Part shown: piece after piece, positions 51,983 through 64,000 of the stretch
How positions within the stretch are numbered: the first letter of the stretch is position 1
Layout of the letters: the number at the start of each line of letters is the position of its first letter
Assembly: GCA_030390025.1 (NCBI GenBank)
Contig: CM059432.1
Coordinates: forward strand, 37,574,001 to 37,638,000
DNA: 64,000 bases
Direction of reading: 5' to 3'
DNA from: Squalus acanthias
Lineage: Eukaryota
Notes under the pieces: generated by a model
Databases searched by the model: none
What the model saw: only the letters and a program-made list of their open reading frames with translations
Told to the model about the DNA's origin: nothing
Program-made: the position numbers and the translations under genes

Positions 51983-52082
51983 CCAAGGACCAAGGACCTT
52001 TCGTTGGCCAAGGACCAAGGACCTTTCGTTGGCCAAGGACCAAGGACCTTTCGTTGGCCAAGGACCAAGGACCTTTCGTTGG
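51983..52082. repeat. Minisatellite, 4 x 25 bp
   Basis: Perfect (ccaaggaccaaggacctttcgttgg)x4. Confidence 0.95.
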
Positions 52083-52534
52083 TGAAGAACCCTGAGGGAA
52101 TTCAATTTTCAGTTTAGCAGAATGAAAACTGAGAGGAAATAAAGTTCACCGTGTAAAAAGAAATATTGAGGACAGCAGATAAAATAGGCCATGTTAAACC
52201 TCAATTAGGAATGTAGGCCAAGGATATGCTTCCAAAATCAAGACATCTCCAGCGTAAGATTATTAAGGTTTGGAATAAGTTTCCACCCAGTGCAGTCTGT
52301 GCATTTCTCCCCTTTCATTTTTGAAAAGAAACTGGTTGATGATTTTGTTGCAAGGAAGCATGGGTTATACACAAGAATCTACAATGCTTGAATCTACAGA
52401 TGGTTGTCCCATGGACTAAGGTTTTAAGAGATTTGAAGAATAAAAGTACTGAGAACTGCCTTGTACAGTACAGTACAAACTCCATGGGCCAAATGGTCTT
52501 TGCTCATTCCAGAGCTTTATACTGTATTCAGATA

Positions 52535-53670
52535 GTCCCAGTCCCCGGCCCTTTCTCCGTAGCCCTGCAATTTTTTTTCCTTCAGGTACTTATCTAATTC
52601 CCTTTTGAAAGCCACAATTGAATCTGCCTCCACCACCCTTTCAGGCAGTGCATTCCAGATCATAACCACTCGCTGCGTAAAAAGGTTTTCCTCATATCGC
52701 ATTTGGATCTTCTGCCAATCACCTTAAATCTGTGTCCTCTCGTTCTTGACCCTTCTGCCGTTGGGAACAGTTTCTATCTACTCTGTCTAGACCCCTCATG
52801 ATTTTGAACACCTCTATCAAATCTCCTCTCAACCTTCTCTGCTCCATGGAGAACAACCTCAGCTTCTCCAGTCTATCCATGTAACTGAAGTCACTCATCC
52901 CTGGAACCATTCTTGTAAATCTTTTCTGCACCCTCTCTAAAGCTTTCACATCCTTCCTAAAGTGCGGTGCCCATAATTGGACACAATACTCCAATTGTAC
53001 CGGAACCAGTGTTTTATAAAGGTTCAGATCTTCCTTGCTTTTGTGCCCTATGCCTCTATTTATGAAGTGATCAAAGCCAGGCGAGTGCTGTGAGCGGGCC
53101 GAGTTGGGAGACGCGGTTTTTGCGCCGATTACGAATCACCGGGGCTCAGAGAGGTAACGCACCCGGCGGGTGAGCTTCATAAACACCTGGTGCAGGCCGC
53201 AAGCCCCGAATGAGAACCTACAGGTTCCGCGTTTGCAGCTCCGGGGCTTTTTCCCGGTAACAGGCCCAGGCTAAGGGCGGCCATCTTTGGACCCCCTGGG
53301 ACACATCTCATTGTCTTGGCTGTGCTCTTAGTGTGTCTTTGATGTAGGGAAATATTTGAATAGATTTTGTCTGTGTTTAAATTGTGAATTCTGGGAGATT
53401 CTCTCACTGCTAACTTACCTGAGGAAGGAGCGACAGCTCCGAAAGCTTGTAAAATTAAATAAATCTGTTGGACTATAACCTGGTGTTGTGCGACTTCTCT
53501 ATTTATGAAGTCCAGGATCCCGTACGCTTTTTTAACCGCTTTCTCAACCTGCCCTGCCACCTTCAACGATTTGTGCACACATACCCCCAGGTCTCTCTGT
53601 TCCTGCACCCCCTTTAGAATTGTACCCTTTGGTTTATATTGCCTCACCTCGTTCTTCCTACCAAAATATA
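52535..53670 (-). mobile_element. CR1 fragment split by a hammerhead-bearing insert
   Basis: EYCVQLWAPHFRKDV..., GVQEQRDLGV.VHKSLKVA. Confidence 0.85.
53069..53496 (+). mobile_element. Non-coding, hammerhead-containing PLE-related retroelement (retrozyme-like)
   Basis: 15-bp TSD ctctatttatgaagt (53054-53068, 53497-53511); hammerhead at 53415-53452 (CTGAGGA...GAAA); CpG-rich 5' half. Confidence 0.8.
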
Positions 53671-54064
53671 GGAAAATGTTTTGTGCACATTGCATTTTCA
53701 TCCAGGCATTTGTTATTATTTGCATAAGGTAGCTCCAATCTGTAGTTTACATTGATAGCAATCCACTCGTGGGTTTTGGCCAAAAATATTTTTAAAACCA
53801 CTAATATAACTGCAAATGGTCGGCCGGCAGGAGTCGCCAGCATGGAAATGACAACACCCGGCAAGGAGCCGATACCTAAATCTTACCCTTTGCAGAACAA
53901 AACATCGTTGAACGGATGATTTATTTTTTGCTTTCGGAAAAGAAGTTTGAATGATAAATGCAGATTTCTGCCCTCCAGCGCACAAATGTTTGCATTTTTT
54001 AAATCCTGCGCTACAAATACCTTTTTTTAAAAAAAAGACCCCAGCTGACACACACACACAGACA

Positions 54065-54450
54065 TGAGCTGGTGCCAGTGCCGCAGCTCTCAGATCATTG
54101 CACAAGTGCTCCGGCTGCCATGTGCCTGGGGAAGGGCTGCGGATCATGCGCGGCGCCTGGTGGCCGCCCCCTTGTCCTGGGTGAAGTGCTCCAGTTGGTC
54201 GGACGCGTTCCGGCTTCTCCCTCCCCACCCACCCAGCCCGTGTGTGTGTGTGTGTGTGTGCTGGGGCTGAGAGAGCGCTTCATAGTGTTCGCACAGAGCA
54301 GTGCAGGCACTCGCTTGGCTCTCTCATATGCGTTTATATATATGTACACATAAAAAAAATATATACACACAGACAGAAAAAAAAAACCAATCTATATGCA
54401 TAGATATCCACACACACTGCATTGGACACACTCAACATTAGCACGGGACG
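54065..54450 (+). promoter_or_regulatory. CABLES1 promoter / 5' UTR, CpG-rich with (CA)n and (GT)n tracts
   Basis: CpG density rises immediately upstream of ATG 54451. Confidence 0.55.
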
Positions 54451-55043
54451 ATGGCGGCTGCAACAAGCAGCAGCAGCAGCAGCACCACCACCACCGTATT
54501 GCAAATCAAACATTCCAGCATCGAGCCCAGCAGGAAGCGGATAGATCCGAGGAGGAGGCAGGCGGCGCTCAGCTTTCTGACCAACATCTCTCTGGATGGG
54601 CGGCTGGCGCAGGATGAGGGCGACGATGAGGTGGTGGAGGAGGACGGCGCTGCTGCTGCTGGCGAGGCGACCAGGACTAGTAGTCGGCAAAACAGCATCG
54701 CCGGGACGTGTCCGCAGAGTTTGCCTTTCAAAGCCGGGGCTGGGGTCCCGCCCGCCGCCGCCGCCGCATCTGCATCTGCCTCTCCTTTCGCTCCTCCGAC
54801 TTGCGGGAATGCAGCGGACGAGGAAGCGGCGATATCTGCCGAGCGCAGGTTGCAAGCCAGCGGTGCTGGCGCGTCCCCTCTCCCCGCTCCGTGTGTTCCT
54901 GCAGGCGGCGGTAGCAGGGCAAGGATCAACTCCTTCACTCAGGGAATACTGCCTGCTGCCTTCTTAAGACAAGCATCAGTCCCAAACTACTGCCTGGAAC
55001 AGGGGCAGATGGGCAGCAGTACTTTTGATTTGCAAAGATCCAG
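54451..55043 (+). CDS. CABLES1: CDK5 and ABL1 enzyme substrate 1, coding exon 1
   Basis: DPRRRQAALSFLTNISLDGRL and NSFTQGILP...LQRSR match CABLES1 rather than CABLES2; donor CAG|gttagt; phase 2. Confidence 0.93.
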
Positions 55044-55403
55044 GTTAGTATATAATCTTTACATTTTATATACAGTGATGATATTTGATCATTTTAAAAC
55101 AAATTATTGACCTGAGATGGTTCTCAATAGCAAAATAACAGTCAATACATGCCTGTTTGGGTTTCTGTATATCTATATATACATGTGTGTAGTTTTGCAT
55201 GTTATGTTTACATATGTGGATTTATGCTCTGTGTCTCAATATTATGAGCACTCAATTCATTGGGCCAGATTTTGCTCTCACAGTAACGGATAATGGCGCT
55301 CGCCGTTATTTATGCACAAATGTAACTTCAGGCGAGGGGCAGATGCCCGTTTAAATGGCAATATCCAAAAGTTGCTGCCTGAGTTGCGCTGCTCCGGCGC
55401 TAA

Positions 55404-55770
55404 CTAATCGGAGGTGGCAGCGGGACCTAAAGGAGAGCGCGGAGGAACAGCGCGACCTAATCGGAGGTAGCGGCGGCGGTGGGACATAAAGCAGAGAGCG
55501 GAGGAACAGTGCGACCTAATCGGAGGTAGCGGCGGCGGTGGGACATAAAGCAGAGAGCGGAGGAACAGTGCGACCTAATCGGAGGTAGCGGCGGCGGTGG
55601 GACATAAAGCAGAGAGCGGAGGAACAGTGCGACCTAATCGGAGGCAGAGGCAGTGGGACATAAAGCAGAGAGCGGAGGAACAGTGCGACCTAATCGGAGG
55701 TAGCGGCGGCGGTGGGACATAAAGCAGAGAGCGGAGGAACAGTGCGACCTAATCGGAGGCGGGGGCGGCG
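55404..55770 (+). repeat. ~59-bp tandem repeat, about 6 copies (CR1 5' UTR)
   Basis: Unit ctaatcggaggtagcggcggcggtgggacataaagcagagagcggaggaacagtgcgac. Confidence 0.9.
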
Positions 55771-57710
55771 GAACCTTCCACGATTTCCAAAAAAACAAGA
55801 TGTGACGTCACAGGACAGCAGGTAGGTGATTGGTTGGTGAGTGTTAAGGTTTTTTTCTCTCTGAACTAAGACAGTGGTTTAAACTAGGAGCGGGAAACTA
55901 TAACATACTGCATTAAATTTATAGCTTAACTAGTTAAACTAATTAATATAACTAAATAATAGTTGAATAAAGACTTTAATTAATTAAATAAATAAAATAA
56001 GGCTAGACTAAGATATGTCAGGGCAGGTTGTGTGTCTGGACTGCAGTATGTGGGAGTTTGTGGACAGCGAGACTGTCCCGAGCGAACACGTCTGCAGGAG
56101 ATGTCTCCATCTCGAATCTCTCCGGCTCAGAGTCATTGAGCTGGAGTGCGAGTTGGAGACACTCCGACACATAAGGGAGGGGGAGGAATTTCTGGACAGT
56201 TTTATCCACAATACAGTCACCCCACAGAGGAAAGCACAGGTTCAGGAAAGGGAGGGTGTGACTGCTAGGGAGACGGGTAGCAAGGATTTAGGAGAGGTTG
56301 AGAAGGAGGTCCTGCAGACACTGGTCCTGTCCAACAGGTACGATGTAGTCACTACCTGTGAGGACAAGGAGAAAGACGGCAGGGAGGACAGCCACAAGGC
56401 AGACCAAGGCACCGTGGCTCAGAAGGCTGTCCAAGGGGGGGAAGAGCAGAATAGAAATGTGGTAGTGATAGGGGACTCTATAATTAGGGTATAGATAGTG
56501 TGCTCTGCAGCCAAGAACGAGAATCCCGAAGGGTATGTTGCCTACCCGGTGCCAGGGTAAGGGATATCTCATGCTGGCTGGAGAGGAACTTGGAAAGGGA
56601 GGGGATAAATCCAGTTGTCGTGGTCCATGTTGGAACAAACGACATAGGTAGGAATAGGGAGGAGGTCCTGCTGAAAGAGTATCAGGAGTTAGGATCTAAA
56701 TTAAAAAGCAGGACATTGAGGGTAATAATCTCTGGATTATTGCCCGAGCCACGTGCAAATTGGCATAGAAACAGACAGATCAGGAGAATTAACACGTAGC
56801 TAAAGGTCTGGTGTGGGAAAGAGGGGTTCCTTTTCATGGGACACTGGCACCAGTTCTGGGACAGGAAGGAGCTGTACCGATGGGACGGGCTCCACCTGAA
56901 CCGGGATGCAGATATCAGCAAGACAAAATTAGAATCTATACGGATAGAGATAAAAGATAATAAAGGATCAATTACACTAATAGGGGTAGTCTACAGAGCA
57001 CCTAAAAGTGGAAGGGAGGTGGAGGAAGAAATATGCAGACAAATTAGGGAAATGAGTAAAAAACATAGAATAATAATCATGGGGGATTTCAACTAGCCCG
57101 ATATTAATTGGACAGAAAAGGTAGGCAAAGGGGATAAGGGAATGGAGTTCCTACAATGTGTACTGGACTCCTTTCTAACCCAATATGTAAAAAGCCCAGC
57201 AAGGGAGGATTCGCTATTGGATCTAGTAATGGGGAATGAACCAGAGCAGATAAGAGAAGTAAAAGTAGGAAAGGATGAACAGGCTGGGTCTCTTTTCTCT
57301 TGGAGAAAAAAGGCTGAGGGGTGACCTAATAGAGGTCTTTAAAATTATGAAAAGTTTTGATAGAGTGGATACAGAGAGAATGTTTCCACTTGTGGGGAAG
57401 AGCATAACTAGAGGCCATCAATATAAGATAGTCACCAAGAAATCCAATAGGGAATTCAGAAGAAACTTCTTGACCCAAAGAGTGGTGAGAATGTGGAACT
57501 CGCTACCACAGGGAGTGGTTGAAGTGAATAGTATAGATGCATTTAAGAGGAGGCTAGACAAGCATATGAGGGAAAAGGGAATAGAGGGTTCTGCTGATAG
57601 ATTTAGATGAGGAAAGACGGGAGGAGGCTCGAGCGGAGCATAAACGCTGGCATGGACTGGTTGGGCTGAATGGCCTGTTTCTGTGCCGTATATCCTATGT
57701 AAACCTATGT
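55404..57710 (+). mobile_element. Internally deleted CR1: 5' UTR tandem repeats, ORF1 (zinc-finger/leucine zipper + SGNH esterase), ORF2 remnants, 3' end
   Basis: CLDCSMW..C..C; VIGDSII, LPGARVRD, VHVGTND, WDGLHLN; APE fragment IMGDFN; C-terminal GLFSL..RLRGDLIEVFK. Confidence 0.9.
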
Positions 57711-59994
57711 ACAGTAACTTTGCTGTCTGCCTCACCACTGAAATGCATTGAATGGCGTGAAGTTGTTGTATTTGAGTGGTAGATATGAACTAAACTCGCC
57801 ACAGAAAGTTGAGTCCTATCATTTCAAGTCTAAGTACCTTTCTAACAATGTAATGTTAATTACTGCCAATCAACCTCTGTGGAATATAAAATTAACTATT
57901 ACCAGTGTGGAGTCTCATTCCTTCAGGTATTAATTGTTCTTGGAGATTTAAAAAATGTCAAACTTCATTTTTTTTAACTTTTCCTTTCTGTCCCTTTTGT
58001 ATCACGCTCTTAATCCAATCTTTCTTTCCCTCTCCTTATTTCTCTTTCTGTACCTGATTTGATATTGAATTCACCCTCTCTAATTTACACTTCCTTCTCA
58101 GCCCTAGCATGGTTTATTTCACAATCCTTCAATCTGATTGGTTAAGGGGAGACACAGTTACTTGCCCTGTTCGCTCAGGTCCCAGATGCCTGGTTTCCCT
58201 CGCTGCGATGTTATCAGTCCGCACTTAAAGCAACTTGCCCCGCAAAATATTTAAATTCCTAAACGTGCAAGGGCAAGTCTAACTAACGACAGATGCCGTT
58301 AGATGCCCACTAGAGCAAAATCTGGCCCATTATTTCTAACAATTTAGAGTCAAGAGATTTCAGTTTTGGAAGGCTGAAGTCTACTTTGGCGATTATCTAT
58401 TGTTAATGCTACATTTTATGTCAAAGTATGTGCAATATTTAAATGCAGGTTTAACATACTTTTTCAGTATGGTGCATTTATGTAAAAACTATTGTGTATC
58501 TATAGAGTTTAAGATATTGGAAGGTTGAGATTAAAATTACTCCCACAAATCAACCTGTGACTTCCTACAAAAATGTCCTGAAATTATTTTAAAGATTTTG
58601 TGTTTATTTGAAACCCTGATCTTTAACCAAAGCTTTCACCAACAAGAGTCTTTGGAATATTTAGCACTGGTGAAAAGGCAGCAATGAAGGAAAAATGTAA
58701 AATGCTTGAAGCAAATGTTTTAGTCATCAGTTATTCCAGATTTTCATATTCTATTTATCAGGTTAATTGTTATTACTGCTTTATTGTACTTGGTAGATTC
58801 CCCAGTTATTATGCAATCTGTGTTATTAACCTCACTGTTTTGTGTTATTGTTGGATGCAGAATAGTAGACTAGTTTTTTTGCTGCTGCTACTTAGCAGCT
58901 ACAGAAGGTCTATGCAAATGCTTAATGTAGGTGAGTAAACCAAAGCCACGTTTACATTTGAGTAAAGGTCTGGGAGAGCACCACTCAAGTGGCGACCCAT
59001 GACCTCTGTGGTTCACTATTTACCTTGATTTTGTAACTGTCCAAATCAAGTCCTGATGAGGCTGGAAACCTATGACTGATTATTAAAAGGAAATGTAATC
59101 CAGCTTGGCACATTTAGAGGTAAGAGGAGATCTGAAGGCAACTCGTGAGACCCACATGAGTGTATACACTTTACATTTAGCACTCTGGTTCCGATCGCAG
59201 GAGAGCAACTTTCGTGCATCAGTTTCCCTCAATGACATTGCTACAACCACTGACAATTCTGATGTCAGGATAAGGTTGCTGGTTTGAGCAATGTAAATGC
59301 AACGGAGCCAGTGCACAAACATTATTCACCTGTGATCTGAACTACAGAAGCACTAAATGTAAAAGTGCGTTATAAGTCTCCAATGCTTTTTGTTCTCTGA
59401 AAATGCCCTGCTTTACATTAGCTGATGTTAGTGGAACTAGCACACAGCAGCCGTCAACAACACTCCTCCAGTATAAAAGTGCCTTCTGCTTACGCCAAAG
59501 TTCAGATGTCTAACTGCATCTTGGCAATGTGGTAAAATGAACAGTTAATTCTTAACTCTATTAAGTGCTCACTGGTGTTTGCAAATGATAAAACGTGCAC
59601 TGAACGTAGCCTTGAAAGATAGGACCAATTAAAGTTAAAATTATTTATTAATAAAGGAAACCTTATACAGCAAAGCACTGTCCTAAAGTGAAAACAAACA
59701 AAACAGAGTGTAGAGAAAATATTTTTAACACCTTTTATAGTCTCCCAGGGGATGCACCTTGGACTCCAGCTTGGTGGTTAGTCGTGTAACTATAAATATC
59801 TCCATGGCCTTTGTATGACAGTGCTGCTTTGTAGCTAGTCTGTGGGGGGTGCTAAAGAGCAACTGCAAAGTGGAGCTGATTATCCCTCCTTTCAGCTAGA
59901 CCTCTCACCTCTACTCCGACCCAACTGAGGTTAGTATCTCACTATTTGAGAGAAGACAACTATTTTTGTTTTTGTGATATATGTGGCACATACA

Positions 59995-60610
59995 CTTGGT
60001 CTGGAGTACTGCGTTCAGGTTTGGGCACTGAACCTCAGGAAAGATATATTGGCCTTGGAGGAGGTACATCGCAGAGTCACCAGAATGATGCCGGGATTTA
60101 AAGGGTTAAATTATGAGGACACGTTGCATAAACTTGGCTTGTATTCCCTTGAGTTTAGAAGATTGAGGGGTGATCTAATCGAGGTGTTTAAAATGATAAA
60201 GGGATTCGGTAGGTTGGATACAGAGAAACTATTCCTTCTGTTGGGGGAATCCAGAACAAGAGGGCATAATCTTAAAATTAGAGCTCGGCCATTTAGGAGT
60301 GAAATCAGGAAGCATTTTTTTCACGCAGAGGGTTATGGAAATCTGGAACACGCTCCCTAATAGGCTGTGGATGCTGGGTCAATTGACATTTTCAAGACTG
60401 TGATCGATAGATTTTTGTTAAGTAAGGGTGTCAAAGGATATGGAACAAAAGCATTTAAATGGAGTTGAGGTACAGATCAGCCATGATCAAATTGAATGGC
60501 GGAGCAGGCTCGATGGCTGATGTGTACCTCAACTCCATTTAAACGCTTTTGTTCCATATCCTGTTGATACCCTTACCTAGGGCTGAATGGCCTATTCCTG
60601 TTCCTGTGTA
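59995..60610 (+). mobile_element. CR1 3' fragment with an internal fold-back duplication
   Basis: LEYCVQVW...GLYSLEFRRLRGDLIEVFKMIKG. Confidence 0.85.
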
Positions 60611-60964
60611 ACATATAAATTAATCTTTGCAATTAAAGTTCAAATTAGGGCTGGTTGGAGATCATGCCACAATTGTTCACGTCTATAATAGTTAAGAAGG
60701 GAAGTCAAAGTGTAATCCAGTTGTGGAATCTGTTGCCAGGGAAGGAAGCTGAAATGAAGAGTATAAATGGGAGAGAATTGGCACATTTCCGGAGAGGGGA
60801 GGAGATTGAGGGATATAATCAGAAGAAGTGGGTTTAATCTATGAAAAAGGGATGGGCTTATTGGGACCAATGATCATAAAAGTTTATGTTTTAATAGTTA
60901 TGGAAAATATTACTGATGCTTTTTTATGGTTTTAAGAGCTATAACACTGGCTTAAAGGAATAAT

Positions 60965-61707
60965 GGCCCAGAAATTAAACAATGAGTGTTCACACGGGGG
61001 TAAGGCTTCCCCGCGATATCTCACTCCGCGCCTACCTTTTTCCTCCGGGCCCACACGAACTTTAGTTTCAAGGCTGCAGCTGTGCAGTGCTTGCGTGACC
61101 CAGAGACGCAATTAGTTCGTGCGAGCTCTGGGATCACGTGATTCAGTTAGAGCCAATGGCAGCATACCATCTTTCATTCATAGTTTTAACAGCAAGGGCT
61201 GTCAAAGCTATGAATCCTACACACCCCCAAAAGAACAGCTAAACCTCAATTAAATTTAAAAAAAGCCATTACATTAATAAAATAAGTATAGTTAAATAAA
61301 TTAACCACTTTAAACAAAAAATTAAATTTTTGAAAAATTTTTAAATCTTTTTAAAAGTTATAAAAATAAACTTACCTTTCTTTAAAGTCTCTAAAAAAGA
61401 TAAACCTGTTGAAAATATTTTAAAATAATACTTAATTAACGACTTACCTTGTTAAAAGAGGGTCTTACGCCTCCCTTCTTTATGTGTAAAATCTTCCATG
61501 CTTACCTGCGCGTTCAAAGCACTAAGTGCACTGCGTGCGCGCAGCCTGTAGCGCGCACGCGGTTCACTTAGGAACCGCCCCCTTTTGAATTCACGAAGTG
61601 CCGGTTTCCCGCGCATGCGCAGTGCATGCAGGAAACCGGCAATTGGAGACCTAAAATGCGAGAGTACACAGTGCGTACTCTCGCGTATTAGGTCTAATTT
61701 TCGGGCC
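60965..61707. mobile_element. Harbinger-type MITE
   Basis: TIRs ggcccagaaatta / taattttcgggcc; TSD aat. Confidence 0.75.
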
Positions 61708-63684
61708 AATATTGAAAATATTAGGATTTTAATAAAGTGTACATAAACAGGGAAACATATAGCCAGCAATGAGTTATAAGACTAGTTTATTCTAAATTTA
61801 TGCTTTCTGGCGAATACTTGTGATCATCAAGATGAAGAATGCCAGCTGGGAAATGAAACACTTTTCTAACTTCAGGATCCAATGTCAACATCAGCCATCC
61901 CTAGGTCAGGTACAGCACAGCCAGGTATAAAGAAAGTCTCTCCTTCTACTCTTCCCCTATAATTGGGGATTCCTCTGATTACTATGTGTACTGACATCAG
62001 AAGTGCCTTTTGGAAAATTCCTCTGTTCAAATTTCTATCAAAATTGTATAAAGGTTCTAAAAGAATGCATTTGCCATTTTACCAGAAACACTGAACGGAG
62101 GAAAGCTCGAATGCATTCATGGTGTTGCTACGTATGACGAGCATGAGGAACTGTAACATCAGTGTGCTTTAACCGTGTCTTCGGAATAGCATATCCTACT
62201 GCACCAGTGTGAATTCACTTTCCCACAGCAACCATCTTTGAGTGAAATTACTAATTTAGTGCCAATGTGTAGGCAACTTGTGCTATGGGTCCTCATCCAC
62301 TAGGATTTTAGCTCGACAGCTCAATCTCATTTCACATGGGACACCTATAACCAGCACAGAGAGGATCATATCCTATTTGCCTGCACTGGTATGAAGAGAA
62401 AAGCCCTCTGTAGCATCGAGTCTTCAAGGTATAATTTACTTGAGGGAACCTGCTAATTTCCTAAATTGCAAGAATGAAGTATCAGGAGTTTAGAAACAAA
62501 AAGAGGAACCAATATTGAGTTATAGCCTCACAATTTTGCTTGGTCAGATGTTGACTGGGAGGGGGATTTAGGAAGCAGAAGTGGGTCTCATAGATAATTT
62601 GAGCTTGAAAGAGGGTCGAGAGGAGATAGGGAAGCAACTCCAGAAAGACGGGTCAGGACAATAGTGGGTGAGTGACTGGGGTGGGGGTTGGGGACGAGGG
62701 AAAGGGGAGGATGCAGGGGGACAGTTACATGGATGCCTCGATCTTGGTGATGAAGAAATCCCTAAGCTCCTTGCACATGGTGTTTGATGCGAGGGTGGGG
62801 GACTGGGGAGCACAGTTGAAGCAGGCCGTTGATCATGGAGAAAGGAGCCTGGGGTTATCCGTGCCTTCCAGAATTATTCTGGAACAGTCGGCGATTTTAG
62901 CTCAGGGAAGGAAAGCACGGTAGTGTTTGATGTGGTCAAGCAAAAATCTGGCGAGGAATGGCTAGTTTGCTGTGCACCAAGTATGTTGAAGTTTAGGTCC
63001 CTCAGATTGAGAGGGTTGTACTGGAGAAATAACAAGAGTAACAGACTGTGCTTGTTTTGCTTGGAATAAGGGAAGTGGGCATGTGAGTATGATTTATGAT
63101 AGAGATAGTGTTATGTAGGTGAAAGACTGATAAAGGTAACTACTATTTGATCTGAAGGTGTATGCCATTGTTTTACCAATACATTTTTTTAGGTATAATT
63201 TTTTCTGTCAGTGGATTACACAGAGAATAGCATTTTAGCTGAGATTGTGCTGCATAGTTGTATCATACCGAAGCAGTTTCAATGATGACATAGACATGTG
63301 TGCACCTTGAGCAATGTTTTTTCCAGCCTCCTCCCCTCCTCTCCTGAAAGCACTGAATTGCTGAGGTCGGCTTCCCTGGGCAGCCGACAGACATCCAGTG
63401 GATATTTTTCAGGTATGAGCTGAATGAGTGTCGGCAGGCCATTCAGCTGTGTGGAGGGCATCACAGCCAAGCTCAGTTCTGTCTTCACCAATGTGCAGTT
63501 TCAGCAGGGGCCTGGACTGATTTTTCCCAACCCTTTTCCAGGGGTGCTGAGATCAGCTAATTAAAGCTGGGAATTGACCCTGGGGCCTCTATTTTACATA
63601 ACTTGGTGTTCTACCAGGCAGTAGCTTAACCCACTAGGCCATGGTATTCGCACTCTCACCTTTTTATCAGTAGCATGAACGTGA

Positions 63685-63810
63685 AAATTGGCTGCCGCGT
63701 TTCCTACATTACAACAGTGACTACACTTGAAAAAGTACTTCATTGGCTGTAAAGCGTTTTAGGACATCTTGTGGTCGTGAAAGGCGCTATATAAATCCAA
63801 GGCTTTCTTC
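63685..63810 (+). mobile_element. Deu-domain SINE 3' fragment
   Basis: aattggctgccgcgtttcctacattacaacagtgac...aggcgctatataaat. Confidence 0.75.
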
Positions 63811-64000
63811 AAGTCTTTGGGTGCGATTTTTGTCAATGGATGCGGGTTGGGAGTGGGTCAGGTGGTTTCCGGCTTTCAGTCCCGCCCCCAACTGCATCTG
63901 GCCCACAGACGTGATTTTACGTTGATTGACCTTGTTAAGCCCGCCCTGCGGGTTTGCTGGTGAATTAAGAGGAAGCCGGTCAGATGACGTCATTTGATGA

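Larger units (their letters stand above)
55262..58328. mobile_element. Harbinger-type MITE containing a CR1 insertion
   Basis: Perfect 17-bp TIR gggccagattttgctct; TSD att (55259-55261, 58329-58331). Confidence 0.9.

Noticed and set aside
55044..55110. C-terminal part of the 219-aa CABLES1 ORF
   Set aside because: Intron read-through past the donor at 55044.
51983..55770. Tandem repeats at 51983-52082 and 55404-55770 as CRISPR-like arrays
   Set aside because: No unique spacers and a eukaryotic context; they are a minisatellite and a CR1 5' UTR repeat.
59042..59081. Hammerhead-like ctgatgag...gaaac flanked by complementary aatcaagtc/gactgatt in the CABLES1 intron
   Set aside because: No stem II can form (only gctg lies between the cores) and the stem III pairing is missing. 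At best a decayed relic.

Overview
Vertebrate genomic DNA, most likely from a cartilaginous fish (inferred from the Deu-domain SINEs and the CR1/Penelope/Harbinger repeat mix). Most of the window is nested transposable elements. Two host genes are visible. The first is CABLES1 coding exon 1 (54451-55043, +) with its CpG-rich promoter. The second is a 4-exon, 151-aa gene (5990-14348, +) that the ORF track misses; it has a permuted NlpC/P60 (LRAT/PPPDE-like) H..H..NC signature and a promoter with ISRE, GAS and TATA elements. Mobile content: two full-span and several partial PIF/Harbinger transposons (DDE transposase plus Myb/SANT gene) and their MITEs, Penelope-like elements carrying minimal hammerhead ribozymes, six solo-LTR-like elements with TSDs, CR1/L2/other LINE fragments, SINEs and a hAT MITE. 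The most unusual observation is a 678-bp LTR-like element inserted in a Harbinger transposase gene. Just downstream of its TATA box it carries a 47/50-nt copy of that same transposase gene (antisense to its mRNA), followed by a small interrupted ORF. All coordinates were read by hand and no database searches were run.
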